A stretch of 20,169 bases of DNA, taken from a virus (taxonomy: Duplodnaviria; Heunggongvirae; Uroviricota; Caudoviricetes). This document shows, piece after piece, positions 8,971 through 18,885 of the stretch (the stretch's first letter is position 1; the number at the start of each line of letters is the position of its first letter). A program made the translations under genes and the position numbers. Under the pieces are notes generated by a model. The model was given only the letters and a program-made list of their open reading frames with translations, did no database searches and was not told the DNA's origin. The stretch lies in IMG/VR virus record IMGVR_UViG_2879759574_000001; one strand, given 5' to 3'.

Positions 8971-9022
8971 GCTCAAATATCAGCCAGAAAATAACGGACC
9001 AATCACAAAGCTATCGCTGTGT

Positions 9023-9145
9023 TGTTGGTTCAGAGCTGGGCTGTGTTGGTTCAAAATGAGTTGATGTTGGTTCAATATTTTAGAAAAAACATAATAAAAA
9101 CAACGATCTTTACAAATTGAACCAACTGAACCAACTGAACCAACA
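9023..9145. repeat. iteron array: 3 direct TGTTGGTTCA repeats at 21-bp spacing, AT-rich spacer, then 3 tandem inverted copies TGAACCAAC
   Basis: Direct copies at 9023-9032, 9044-9053, 9065-9074; inverted copies at 9118-9126, 9127-9135, 9136-9144; the inverted set overlaps the -35 region of a TATAAT (9162-9167) upstream of the PerC-like gene. Confidence 0.6.
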
Positions 9146-9180
9146 CCTTTTTGCTTATCTATATAATCTGAGAGGCAGAA

Positions 9181-9462
9181 ATGATAAGGGACAGGAAAGC
9201 TGAAGAGCTGGAGTCAAAAGGGCTATACCGGAGAGCTGCCGCACGATGGATGGAAGTCATGCTGTTATGCACCGAGGACGATGATCGGGAATGGATAAAG
9301 CGCCGCCGTGAAACGTGTCTGGAGAACGTGAAGCGCCCGCCCGTGAAGGTTGAGGAATTTGGCGACCTGCATAAAGCTGTTACCGAAACGCAACACCGCA
9401 TGGGGATAGCGCAACCGAACGGTAACGCCTTCCGGTTAAATGGCGGCAAGAGGCAAAGGTAG
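9181..9462 (+). CDS. PerC-family transcriptional activator-like protein (93 aa)
   Basis: MIRDRKAEELESKGLYRRAAARWMEVML...RRRETCLENV matches the PerC/Pch signature as I recall it; good RBS (GAGAGG) before ATG. Confidence 0.5.
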   Translation: MIRDRKAEELESKGLYRRAAARWMEVMLLCTEDDDREWIKRRRETCLENVKRPPVKVEEFGDLHKAVTETQHRMGIAQPNGNAFRLNGGKRQR

Positions 9463-9758
9463 ACCACCAGAGGGAAATCATCCTCTGGCTGGCGGTTTCT
9501 GGTATTTCGGGACAAGTACGCGCGCGCGTAGCACCCAATCGGTGAGGAAATAGCGGCGACCTGAATGGTCAAAATCACAACGCAGCTATCCCCGTAAGCA
9601 GCGCTTAACGGAATAGCAGTAACCTGAATCCAGTGGGGAGGGGGTAGTCAAATCTCTACAGCCCTGACTATCCGGGACTGCCCGCCCATCGTTTTTTTAT
9701 ACCCGCGAAAAATGAAATTTAATCCGGGCGTGTTTCATCCTTCCAGAGGGTATGACGT

Positions 9759-9944
9759 ATGACACCACGCGAAATAGCCTTATTGACCATCGCCAAACTT
9801 GAGCACGGAGGCCACCAGCTTACACAGGCAGATCAACGGGAGATAGAACGATCAGTTAATGCCGATATAGCCCGGCGCGACAGGTTCCGCGAAATGATGC
9901 GAGCACCTGCCTACCAGTGGAAGAAGCCAGCGCCGCGCAGGTAG
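9759..9944 (+). CDS. hypothetical 61-aa basic protein
   Basis: ORF with possible RBS AGAGGG upstream; no recognisable motif. Confidence 0.25.
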   Translation: MTPREIALLTIAKLEHGGHQLTQADQREIERSVNADIARRDRFREMMRAPAYQWKKPAPRR

Positions 9945-10064
9945 ATATGGGATTATTCCACATGTACCTTATGCGTATTAAGCAAATTTCCTTTATTCAC
10001 CTTTACAGAATTGTGAGTACGTCAGTATCGTTATCCTTCCGATTCGCATTTATTCAGGATTTGC

Positions 10065-10607
10065 ATGTACCAGCTAAAGATAACCATCCGAGACAGCAAA
10101 CCACCTATATGGCGGCGTGTGCTGGTTCCAGAGCAAATCCCCTTTAGTAAACTTCATGCCGTGATCCAGTTAGCTTTTGGCTGGAATGACGAACACCTGT
10201 ATATGTTCGAGAAAGGGCGTAAAGGTGATCCAGGTAGCGAGTATCGCGTATGGGGTGAGGATGAAAGCATGGGTAACGCGGCAATCACGCCACTATGGGC
10301 GGCGCTCCAGAATGAGGGTGACAAGCTGGTTTACACGTATGACTTTGGCGACTGGTGGGATTGCGTCATTGTGCTGGAGAAGCAAACACACGATACGAGT
10401 AATCAGCCCATTAGCTGCCTGCGTGGGAAAGGCACCACCCCGGCGGAAAACTCAGGCGGCTTGCATGGTTACAATGAATTGCTATTACAGGCCAGAGAGT
10501 CTGATAATCCTGAGCAGGCCGAGATCCACAATTTCCTGATGCTGGATATTGAACGCCGGGTTTACGACCTGAGCCGCATCAACGACAGATTGCAGGCTAT
10601 TAACTGA
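10065..10607 (+). CDS. pRiA4b ORF-3-like family protein (180 aa)
   Basis: N-terminus MYQLKITIRDSKPPIWRRVLVPEQIPFSKLHAVIQLAFGWNDEHLYMF matches the characteristic start of the pRiA4b ORF-3-like family (YxLKxTL...PPIWRR..VP...F.DLH..IQ...GW...HL.F); RBS AGGA present. Confidence 0.6.
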   Translation: MYQLKITIRDSKPPIWRRVLVPEQIPFSKLHAVIQLAFGWNDEHLYMFEKGRKGDPGSEYRVWGEDESMGNAAITPLWAALQNEGDKLVYTYDFGDWWDCVIVLEKQTHDTSNQPISCLRGKGTTPAENSGGLHGYNELLLQARESDNPEQAEIHNFLMLDIERRVYDLSRINDRLQAIN

Positions 10608-10959
10608 CCCGCATGTATTCACCTGATATTGCGTTGTCAGCGCCGCCAGTATCGCGCATAACAGCGCACTGACCGGGTAAACCGTAGCGCACGACCGTTG
10701 CGTTAGTATCACCGCCGCGCCGTATCTGGCGCGATTCATACACTGTCACCCGCTCAAGCAGTCCACCAGCAACCATGCTTTCCAGTGTGCGCCGGGTTGA
10801 TTCGAGCTGGTGACGCTTATCGAACGACACCATGCCATGAAGCAGGTAGGCCACACCCGACACATCGAACGGCGGCGCACCAATCTCACCAGTCACCCAT
10901 TCGAGGTTATCCGGTTCAAAGTAGCTAAGTATCTCTTTTTTGCGACTGGTCATTCTCAT
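10600..10959 (-). CDS. hypothetical 119-aa protein, convergent with and overlapping the pRiA4b-like gene by 8 nt
   Basis: ORF with RBS AAGGA; segment RTLESMVAGGLLERV could be a winged-helix recognition element, but that is unverified. Confidence 0.3.
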   Translation of the reverse strand: MRMTSRKKEILSYFEPDNLEWVTGEIGAPPFDVSGVAYLLHGMVSFDKRHQLESTRRTLESMVAGGLLERVTVYESRQIRRGGDTNATVVRYGLPGQCAVMRDTGGADNAISGEYMRVS

Positions 10960-11187
10960 GGCTGGCTGATTCCTTATTGTGGGATAGCACTATCATACAA
11001 TAAGTGGGTTAAAGGGAGAGCGTTACCGCCTGATATGCTGTATGAATAACAACCAAATTTCAGGGGCGGAAAAAGATATGGGGGTACTTTTGGGGGTATC
11101 TATAAAAAATGAACAATAAAAAAGGCAACAAAAACAAAGCTTATCGCCTATGTGTATTGTTCCCATTATCCCATTTAAATCAATAAG

Positions 11188-11691
11188 TTACACATCATTA
11201 GTACGTTCCTTATTTCTTGACTGGGACAAATTTGGGACCGATGGGTTCAGAATCGAGTCTATTTGCCGTGCGTGTTCGGTAAGGTGATTAGGTGCGAGGT
11301 GAGCATATCGACGAACCATTTCGATAGACTCCCAGCCTCCCATTTCCTGTAACACTGATAACGGGACTCCGGCTTGAACCAGCCAACTTGCCCAGGTGTG
11401 TCTCAAGTCGTGAAATCTGAAATCATCAATACCTGCTCGTCTCAGCGCCGCTTTCCAGGCTGTGTTTGCGTCATACCGCATCTTCCTGACTGTTGGCGCT
11501 TTCGTTCCGTCTGGTTTGGTACAGCTTTCCTTATACACAAATACCCAACGGTGATGATTCCCGATTTGTTTTTTCAATACGCGACATGCAGTATCATTCA
11601 GCGCAACGCCAATTGCGCGGTTTGATTTACTCTCTTCCGGGTTTATCCATGCCACCCGGTGAGGTGTACTGGCAATAGCGGACACTACCAT
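11188..11691 (-). pseudogene. tyrosine recombinase (phage integrase), C-terminal catalytic half only
   Basis: Contains HDLRHTWAS (His-x-x-Arg box) and VRRYAHL (catalytic Tyr); the N-terminal roughly 200 aa expected for an integrase are absent and the ORF abuts an IS3-family fragment. Confidence 0.75.
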
Positions 11692-11699
11692 TTGTTCTT

Positions 11700-12221
11700 T
11701 TTTTAAGCAGCCATCTGATGATATTTTTCCCTGAAGGCTGCCGGGGAGATATTCCCCAGACGAGAGTGACGACGCTGACGATTGTAGAAAATCTCAATGT
11801 ATTCCCGTATTACTGAGATGGCTTCATCCCGGTTATTAAAACGATAGTGGCTCAGGCTCTCATTTTTCAGCGTCCCCAGAAGCTTTCCATCGGAGCGTTG
11901 TCGTAACAGTTACCTTTACGCGACATTGATGTTTTCAGACCAGACTGCTCCTGTATGACCCGGTAATCGTATGCGCAGTACTGTGAACCTCGATCAGAGT
12001 GGTGGATTAGCCCGGCAGGTGGGCGCTGGCTCCTGAGCGCCATAAACAGGGCTTTACCTGTCAGCTCTTTTGTCATGCGCTCTCCCATGGCGTAGCCGAC
12101 AATTTCGCACGTATAAACATCTTTGATGCCAGCGAGGTACAACCATCCCTCCTGTGTGGCAACATACGTCAGGTCCGCCACCCAGACCTGATTTGGTGCT
12201 GTAGGAGCGAACGTCTGGTTC
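11700..12221 (-). pseudogene. IS3-family (IS407-group-like) transposase OrfB, 3' fragment with internal frameshift, truncated by IS911
   Basis: ...HHSDRGSQYCAYDY...MSRKGNCYDNAPMESFW then, in another frame, [56 protein letters not shown]; the 5' side ends exactly at the IS911 left end (12222). Confidence 0.6.
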
Positions 12222-12293
12222 TGAAGTGGCACACTGAATTTGGCCACCTGAACAGAGGTGATATGCTCACCTCAGAACAACACAGGTGCTCCA

Positions 12294-13861
<1,568 letters not shown>

Positions 13862-13931
13862 TAAGCGTACAGCCTGAACCGTCTGGTCAGAATCTGACGA
13901 ATTAGACAAAGTGGTGTCCACCAAATAAGTA

Positions 13932-14332
13932 GTGGGAACCAAAGTGTCAGATATGCAGAAAAATGTGAATCCCGGCAGGCGAAAAGGCTGCCCTAATTAT
14001 CCTCCCGAATTTAAACAGCAGCTCGTTGCTGCCTCCTGTGAACCCGGGATATCCATCTCAAAACTTGCTCTGAAAATGGCATTAACGCCAATCTGTTGTT
14101 CAAATGGCGACAACAATGGCGCGAGGGAAAGCTGCTATTACCTTCTTCAGAGAGCCCCCAGCTACTTCCTGTGACTCTCGATGCAGCTGCCGAACAGCCA
14201 GAATCGCTCGCAGAGGATCCGGAAACCCTCAGTATCAGCTGTGAGGTAACGTTCCGGCACGGGACGCTCCGCTTCAATGGCAATGTCAGCGAAAAGCTCC
14301 TGACTCTGCTGATACAGGAACTGAAGCGATGA
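13932..14332 (+). pseudogene. IS66 tnpA with 1-bp deletion
   Basis: CTTGCTCTGAAAATGG here versus CTTGCTCTTGAAAATGG in copy 1; ORF split into 13932-14174 and 14096-14332. Confidence 0.75.
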
Positions 14333-14676
14333 TCCCGTTACCTTCCGGGACCAAAATTTGGCTGGTTGCCGGTATCACCGATATGAGAAATGGCTTCAAC
14401 GGCCTGGCGGCAAAGGTGCAGACGACGCTGAAAGACGATCCGATGTCAGGTCACGTTTTTATCTTCCGTGGGCGTAATGGCAGTCAGGTAAAGCTCCTCT
14501 GGTCTACCGGCGATGGACTGTGTCTGCTGACCAAACGGCTGGAGCGCGGCCGCTTCGCCTGGCCGTCAGCCCGGGATGGCAAAGTGTTCCTCACACCGGC
14601 ACAGCTGGCGATGCTCCTTGAAGGTATCGACTGGCGGCAGCCTAAAAGACTGCTTACGTCCCTGACTATGTTGTAA
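14329..14676 (+). CDS. IS66 TnpB (Orf2), 115 aa
   Basis: Identical to 7629-7976. Confidence 0.85.
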   Translation: MIPLPSGTKIWLVAGITDMRNGFNGLAAKVQTTLKDDPMSGHVFIFRGRNGSQVKLLWSTGDGLCLLTKRLERGRFAWPSARDGKVFLTPAQLAMLLEGIDWRQPKRLLTSLTML

Positions 14677-14724
14677 GCCTCTTTATCCTGGTCGACGCTG
14701 AATGAGCCTGGTAATATACCCGGT

Positions 14725-16263
14725 ATGAGCAGCTCACTTCCTGACGATATCAATGCACTGAAACGTCTCCTTGCCGAACAGGAGGCGCTGAACCGTGCCC
14801 TGCTGGAAAAGCTGAACGAGCGTGAACGCGAAATAGACCATCTGCAGGCACAGCTGGATAAGCTGCGCCGGATGAACTTCGGCAGCCGCTCCGAAAAAGT
14901 CTCCCGTCGTATCGCACAGATGGAAGCTGACCTGAAGGCACTTCAGAAAGAAAGTGATACCCTTACCGGTCGGGTTGACGACCCGGCCGTGCAGCGCCCG
15001 CTGCGTCAAACCCGCACCCGCAAACCGTTCCCCGAATCACTCCCCCGCGATGAAAAACGGCTGCTGCCGGCAGCGTCATGCTGCCCGGAATGTGGAGGCT
15101 CACTGAGCTATCCGGGTGAGGATGCCGCCGAACAGCTGGAGTTGATGCGCAGCGTCTTCCGGGTTATCCGGACTGTACGTGAAAAGCATGCCTGTACTCA
15201 GTGCGATGCCATCGTGCAGGCCCCCGCGCCTTCACGGCCCATCGAGCGGGGTATCGCAGGACCGGGGCTGCTGGCCCGCGTGCTGATCTCAAAGTATGCA
15301 GAGCACACCCCGCTGTACCGCCAGTCTGAAATGTACGGCCGCCAGGGCGTGGAGCTGAGTCGTTCACTGCTGTCGGGCTGGGTGGATGCATGCTGCCGGC
15401 TACTGTCACCGCTGGAAGAAGCGCTTCAGGACTATGTGCTGACTGACGGTAAGCTCCATGCTGATGACACGCCTGTCCCGGTGCTGTTGCCAGGCAATAA
15501 GAAAACGAAGACCGGGCGGTTATGGACCTACGTTCGTGACGACCGTAACGCCGGGTCAACGCTGGCGCCGGCGGTGTGGTTCGCTTACAGCCCGGACAGA
15601 AAAGGCATCCATCCGCAGACCCATCTTGCGGGGTTCAGTGGTGTACTGCAGGCGGATGCATACGCCGGGTTCAACGAGCTGTACCGGGATGGCCGGATAA
15701 CGGAAGCCGCCTGTTGGGCTCACGCCCGCCGTAAAATCCACGATGTGCACGTTCGCACCCCGTCAGCCCTGACGGAGGAAGCGCTGAAACGGATCGGCGA
15801 ACTGTACGCCATCGAGGCAGAGATAAGGGGAATGACGGCGGAGCAGCGCCTTGCCGAACGTCAGTTGAAAACGAAACCGCTGCTGAAATCCCTGGAAAGC
15901 TGGCTGCGTGAAAAGATGAAAACCCTGTCGCGACACTCAGAACTGGCGAAAGCGTTCGCATACGCCCTGAACCAGTGGCCGGCGCTGACGTACTATGCAG
16001 ATGATGGCTGGGCTGAGGCGGACAATAACATCGCTGAAAATGCGTTGCGGATGGTCAGTCTGGGCCGCAAAAACTACCTGTTCTTCGGTTCGGATCATGG
16101 AGGAGAGCGGGGAGCGCTGCTGTACAGCCTGATCGGGACGTGCAAACTGAACGGAGTGGAGCCAGAAAGCTACCTCCGCTATGTACTTGACGTCATAGCC
16201 GACTGGCCGATAAACCGGGTCGGCGAACTGCTCCCCTGGCGCGTAGCACTGCCGACTGAATAA
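14725..16263 (+). CDS. IS66 TnpC transposase, intact (512 aa)
   Basis: Uninterrupted 512-aa ORF with N-terminal coiled-coil/leucine-zipper region and CxxC...CxxC zinc motif (CCPECGG...CTQCDA). Confidence 0.85.
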   Translation: MSSSLPDDINALKRLLAEQEALNRALLEKLNEREREIDHLQAQLDKLRRMNFGSRSEKVSRRIAQMEADLKALQKESDTLTGRVDDPAVQRPLRQTRTRKPFPESLPRDEKRLLPAASCCPECGGSLSYPGEDAAEQLELMRSVFRVIRTVREKHACTQCDAIVQAPAPSRPIERGIAGPGLLARVLISKYAEHTPLYRQSEMYGRQGVELSRSLLSGWVDACCRLLSPLEEALQDYVLTDGKLHADDTPVPVLLPGNKKTKTGRLWTYVRDDRNAGSTLAPAVWFAYSPDRKGIHPQTHLAGFSGVLQADAYAGFNELYRDGRITEAACWAHARRKIHDVHVRTPSALTEEALKRIGELYAIEAEIRGMTAEQRLAERQLKTKPLLKSLESWLREKMKTLSRHSELAKAFAYALNQWPALTYYADDGWAEADNNIAENALRMVSLGRKNYLFFGSDHGGERGALLYSLIGTCKLNGVEPESYLRYVLDVIADWPINRVGELLPWRVALPTE

Positions 16264-16300
16264 CACATCCCCGTCAATACGGTTCTTGCTGCACGCTTAC

Positions 16301-16382
16301 CGATATCCTCGATATAAATATCGTCAATGGTGGAGTTGATATAATTGAACTTCTTACCGGTAAGAGTCTGGATAAAACTCAT
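16301..16382 (-). pseudogene. 5' stub (first 27-28 codons, MSFIQTLTGKKFNYINSTIDDIYIEDI) of an unknown gene truncated by the IS66 right end
   Basis: Strong RBS AAGGAGA 7 nt before ATG at 16382; frame runs directly into the IS66 inverted repeat. Confidence 0.35.
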
Positions 16383-16539
16383 CGTTAGTTCTCCTTAATT
16401 GGTGCGCTGCACCGCACGATTTTTGGTTGCACGAATCCCTCGCCATAAGGCGATTAAAAGTTTTGGTTTCGTTTCAGTAAATGCCCCATCCAGAGGCACT
16501 TAGTGCAACGGGCGGCTGCCATCGCCAGTTATTTTCCCC

Positions 16540-16624
16540 ACTCAATTGAAAGCGCGTTCCGGAGGTTTTGGACTTAACGAACTGGCACTTAATGACAAGG
16601 GACAGAACGCGCTTTCAGTTGAGT
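16540..16624. repeat. 20-bp inverted repeat (19/20 match) separated by a 45-nt spacer
   Basis: Left arm ACTCAATTGAAAGCGCGTTC (16540-16559), right arm GAACGCGCTTTCAGTTGAGT (16605-16624); not followed by a T-tract on either strand. Confidence 0.5.
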
Positions 16625-16775
16625 AAAAAGGTGGCTATTCATCAGAACATTGTCGCCTTCATTAGGTTTATCTGTTGAAGATCTGTAAGCCGCTTATAAA
16701 TAAGTAGATATAAGATATTAGGAAAAGAAGAAGGACGTTATAGTTTTATTTGTGATGTGCAAAGTATATTTGAAT

Positions 16776-16796
16776 AGAACCCGCCCAGCGGGTTCT
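16776..16796 (-). terminator. 9-bp GC-rich stem-loop overlapping the stop codon of the 201-aa gene (weak terminator candidate)
   Basis: AGAACCCGC-CCA-GCGGGTTCT; no clear U-tract afterwards. Confidence 0.3.
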
Positions 16797-17400
16797 AAAG
16801 TGTTTTAATGATTGTCGTGATAATTAATTGGCTCATCATTTTTTGGTCTGGTATAGTTATGGACCACTTTATATTCTTTAGGCTGTTATGTTTTTTATTG
16901 ACCTTAAGCTCTCTCTTTGCTTCAGAGATAATATCGTCTAGTAATACTTTTAATTTATCAAGTCTTGACTTGTGGGCATCTATCAACTCTATACTATCAA
17001 ACTCCCATTGTATAAATAGATTTTCTTCATTTTCAATGAATGAACGGATTTTATCCCCACACTCTTCTGTTAAGAATAATGAAGATAGCTCACCTATTCT
17101 ACTGAGTTTTTCAAGCTCATTAGAGAAAGATTTGCTAAGGATTTCATTTTCTTCTTTTGATTTGTAACTAAAGTAGGTTGGGAATTGTGAAGCGTGATGT
17201 AACTCATGTTTATACCAATAGTCAGCTGTGTTTTTTAGAAGATAAACACAGTCAACTAATTGCGTATACAAATCTATTCTTTTGTCCCACCATTTTTCTT
17301 TATAATAACGGCCGAGTGCATATCGCGCAGTTAAGTAAGCTGCGATTGAGCCTGTAACAAGTCCGATAATTACCTTTGATATAAGGTCATGCCAATCCAT
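16795..17400 (-). CDS. hypothetical membrane-anchored protein (201 aa, one N-terminal TM helix, AT-rich)
   Basis: ORF MDWHDLISKVIIGLVTGSIAAYLTARYAL... has a single hydrophobic helix followed by a charged, Lys/Glu-rich soluble region; codon usage and base composition are clearly more AT-rich than neighbours; RBS AGGA. Confidence 0.5.
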   Translation of the reverse strand: MDWHDLISKVIIGLVTGSIAAYLTARYALGRYYKEKWWDKRIDLYTQLVDCVYLLKNTADYWYKHELHHASQFPTYFSYKSKEENEILSKSFSNELEKLSRIGELSSLFLTEECGDKIRSFIENEENLFIQWEFDSIELIDAHKSRLDKLKVLLDDIISEAKRELKVNKKHNSLKNIKWSITIPDQKMMSQLIITTIIKTL

Positions 17401-17852
17401 TTTTATTTTTCCTACATTATGTTATATAATTGTTCATATCATACAATTGTTGAGTATAGATGTCTCGTTATTCATCAACATTTACTCCTGTTAAATTAGG
17501 GGGAGTATGTATTAAAAATATTCATCTGGGTCGTCTAAATATTTTTGATAAACTAATAGCAATAACACTATCAGTATTGCCTGCCCTCACGTCGTTCTTG
17601 CTCTCGCGCGATTTTTAACTAAACACTAGCAGGATTTATCATGGTGCTACGCTACATTTACTTGTAGGGAGCTAAACAGATCATTGACGCTGAAAATATT
17701 CAAATTGTTAAAGAGCGAAGCGTCCTATGGGCGTTTTGTTGCTAACGAATCATCTTGGACTTCATATGCTCCAGGCGGCTACTTCGTGGGCATCCTGCCT
17801 GTTTGTTGTTTCGTTTTGGTACATTGTGTGTCCATGGGTACATTGTCAAGTA

Positions 17853-17876
17853 TAAAAAAACCTGCCGAAGCAGGTT
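17853..17876 (-). terminator. rho-independent terminator downstream of the cI-like gene
   Basis: Minus strand AACCTGC-TTCG-GCAGGTT followed by TTTTTTTA. Confidence 0.6.
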
Positions 17877-17888
17877 CATAAATATTGA

Positions 17889-18563
17889 TTAGGCCTTTAT
17901 TTTGTATCTTCTTGGTTTTCCCGAGAAAATCACAGTGCCAATTATAGAGCAATTACCGTTAATCTTAATGTAGGGCTCAGGCCAGTTTGGGTGTAATGCT
18001 TTGAGATAACGCTGTGTTCCATCTTCTATCAATCGCTTGAAGGTGATTTCGCCTGTATCGTGCATCAACGCAATAACGTCGTCACCGTGGCAAGCAGGGA
18101 CTTCAGGATCAACAAAAATCATGTCTCCCGGACGGTACTCATCAATCATTGAATCACCAATCACCCGCAAGATATAAGTCATTTCGCCACAGGGTACAGG
18201 GCAGGGATAAGTTTCTGCTGTGCTCAAATCAACCTCAGAATAGCCAACTTCTTTCCATGCTCCGGCCTGTACCCATGATATGACAGGGACTAACGTTATT
18301 TGTTTGTTAGTGATTGAAACATCAGGTTTTTTTGTGATGTTCGTTGTCTGGTGTTCTTGATCGAGCCATCCGATAGGCAAGTCGAAACATTTTTCAATGT
18401 GTCGTGCCATGCTGTCACCGATATTTTTAGTAGCACCATCTCCCATAAACCTGCTGGTCTGGGTTGGCTCGCGATCAATCATAGTGGCAAAGGAAGAATT
18501 CCCGCCAACACCATCTCTCAGTTTTCTGGCGTTAGACCGCCGGATGTCATGGATTGTTTTCAT
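17889..18563 (-). CDS. CI-like phage repressor with C-terminal S24 (LexA-type) peptidase domain
   Basis: C-terminal half has VIGDSM (catalytic Ser) and FKRL (Lys) with ...GDMIFVDPE...; N-terminus resembles phage CI HTH domains; divergent from a Cro-like gene. Confidence 0.8.
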   Translation of the reverse strand: MKTIHDIRRSNARKLRDGVGGNSSFATMIDREPTQTSRFMGDGATKNIGDSMARHIEKCFDLPIGWLDQEHQTTNITKKPDVSITNKQITLVPVISWVQAGAWKEVGYSEVDLSTAETYPCPVPCGEMTYILRVIGDSMIDEYRPGDMIFVDPEVPACHGDDVIALMHDTGEITFKRLIEDGTQRYLKALHPNWPEPYIKINGNCSIIGTVIFSGKPRRYKIKA

Positions 18564-18580
18564 AACGAAATTAAAACCCT

Positions 18581-18647
18581 TGTACCGCTAAGGTACAAGT
18601 ATCTTGAAGGTTCATTTCAATCATGTAACATGTACACTTGAGGTACA
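18581..18647. promoter_or_regulatory. divergent cI/cro control region with two TGTAC-N7-GTACA palindromic operator candidates
   Basis: TGTACCGCTAAGGTACA (18581-18597) and TGTACACTTGAGGTACA (18631-18647) lie between the cI start (18563) and cro start (18654). Confidence 0.45.
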
Positions 18648-18653
18648 TATTGT

Positions 18654-18854
18654 ATGAAAGCGTATTGGGACTCTTTAACCAAAGAACAGCAGGGTGAGTT
18701 GGCCGGAAAAGTTGGCTCAACACAAGGCTACTTACGGCTGGTTTTCAATGGCTATAAAAAAGCCAGTTTTGTGCTGGCTAAAAAACTTGAGCAATGCACG
18801 TCAGGTGCAATTACGAAATCTGACTTAAGACCGGATATCTATCCGAAAGATTAG
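18654..18854 (+). CDS. Cro-like small HTH regulator (66 aa)
   Basis: Position divergent from cI; STQGYLRLVFNGYKKASFVLAKKLEQCTSGAITKSDLRPDIY resembles Cro/YdaS-type proteins. Confidence 0.55.
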   Translation: MKAYWDSLTKEQQGELAGKVGSTQGYLRLVFNGYKKASFVLAKKLEQCTSGAITKSDLRPDIYPKD

Positions 18855-18885
18855 CAGAACACTTTCAATTTTTAACCACAGAACG

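Noticed and set aside
11243-11259. tRNA T-arm-like sequence GGTTCAGAATCGAG near the integrase
   Set aside because: It lies inside the integrase coding sequence and no cloverleaf (acceptor stem, anticodon arm) can be built around it; no tRNA gene found anywhere in the window
16301-16382. Possibility that the truncated gene is a lambda N-like antiterminator
   Set aside because: The 28 retained residues are not arginine-rich and show no N-type RNA-binding motif; function left open
16808-17167. 119-aa plus-strand ORF
   Set aside because: Antisense to the 201-aa gene, very low complexity (Ile/Phe/Leu/Ser-rich) as expected from an AT-rich antisense frame
17437-17475. 13-codon minus-strand mini-ORF with AGGAG RBS upstream of the 201-aa gene
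   Set aside because: Too short and unsupported to call; could be a leader peptide but there is no further evidence
17684-17881. 65-aa plus-strand ORF between the 201-aa gene and cI
   Set aside because: No RBS, spans the cI terminator hairpin and the GGTACATTGT repeats; more likely regulatory DNA
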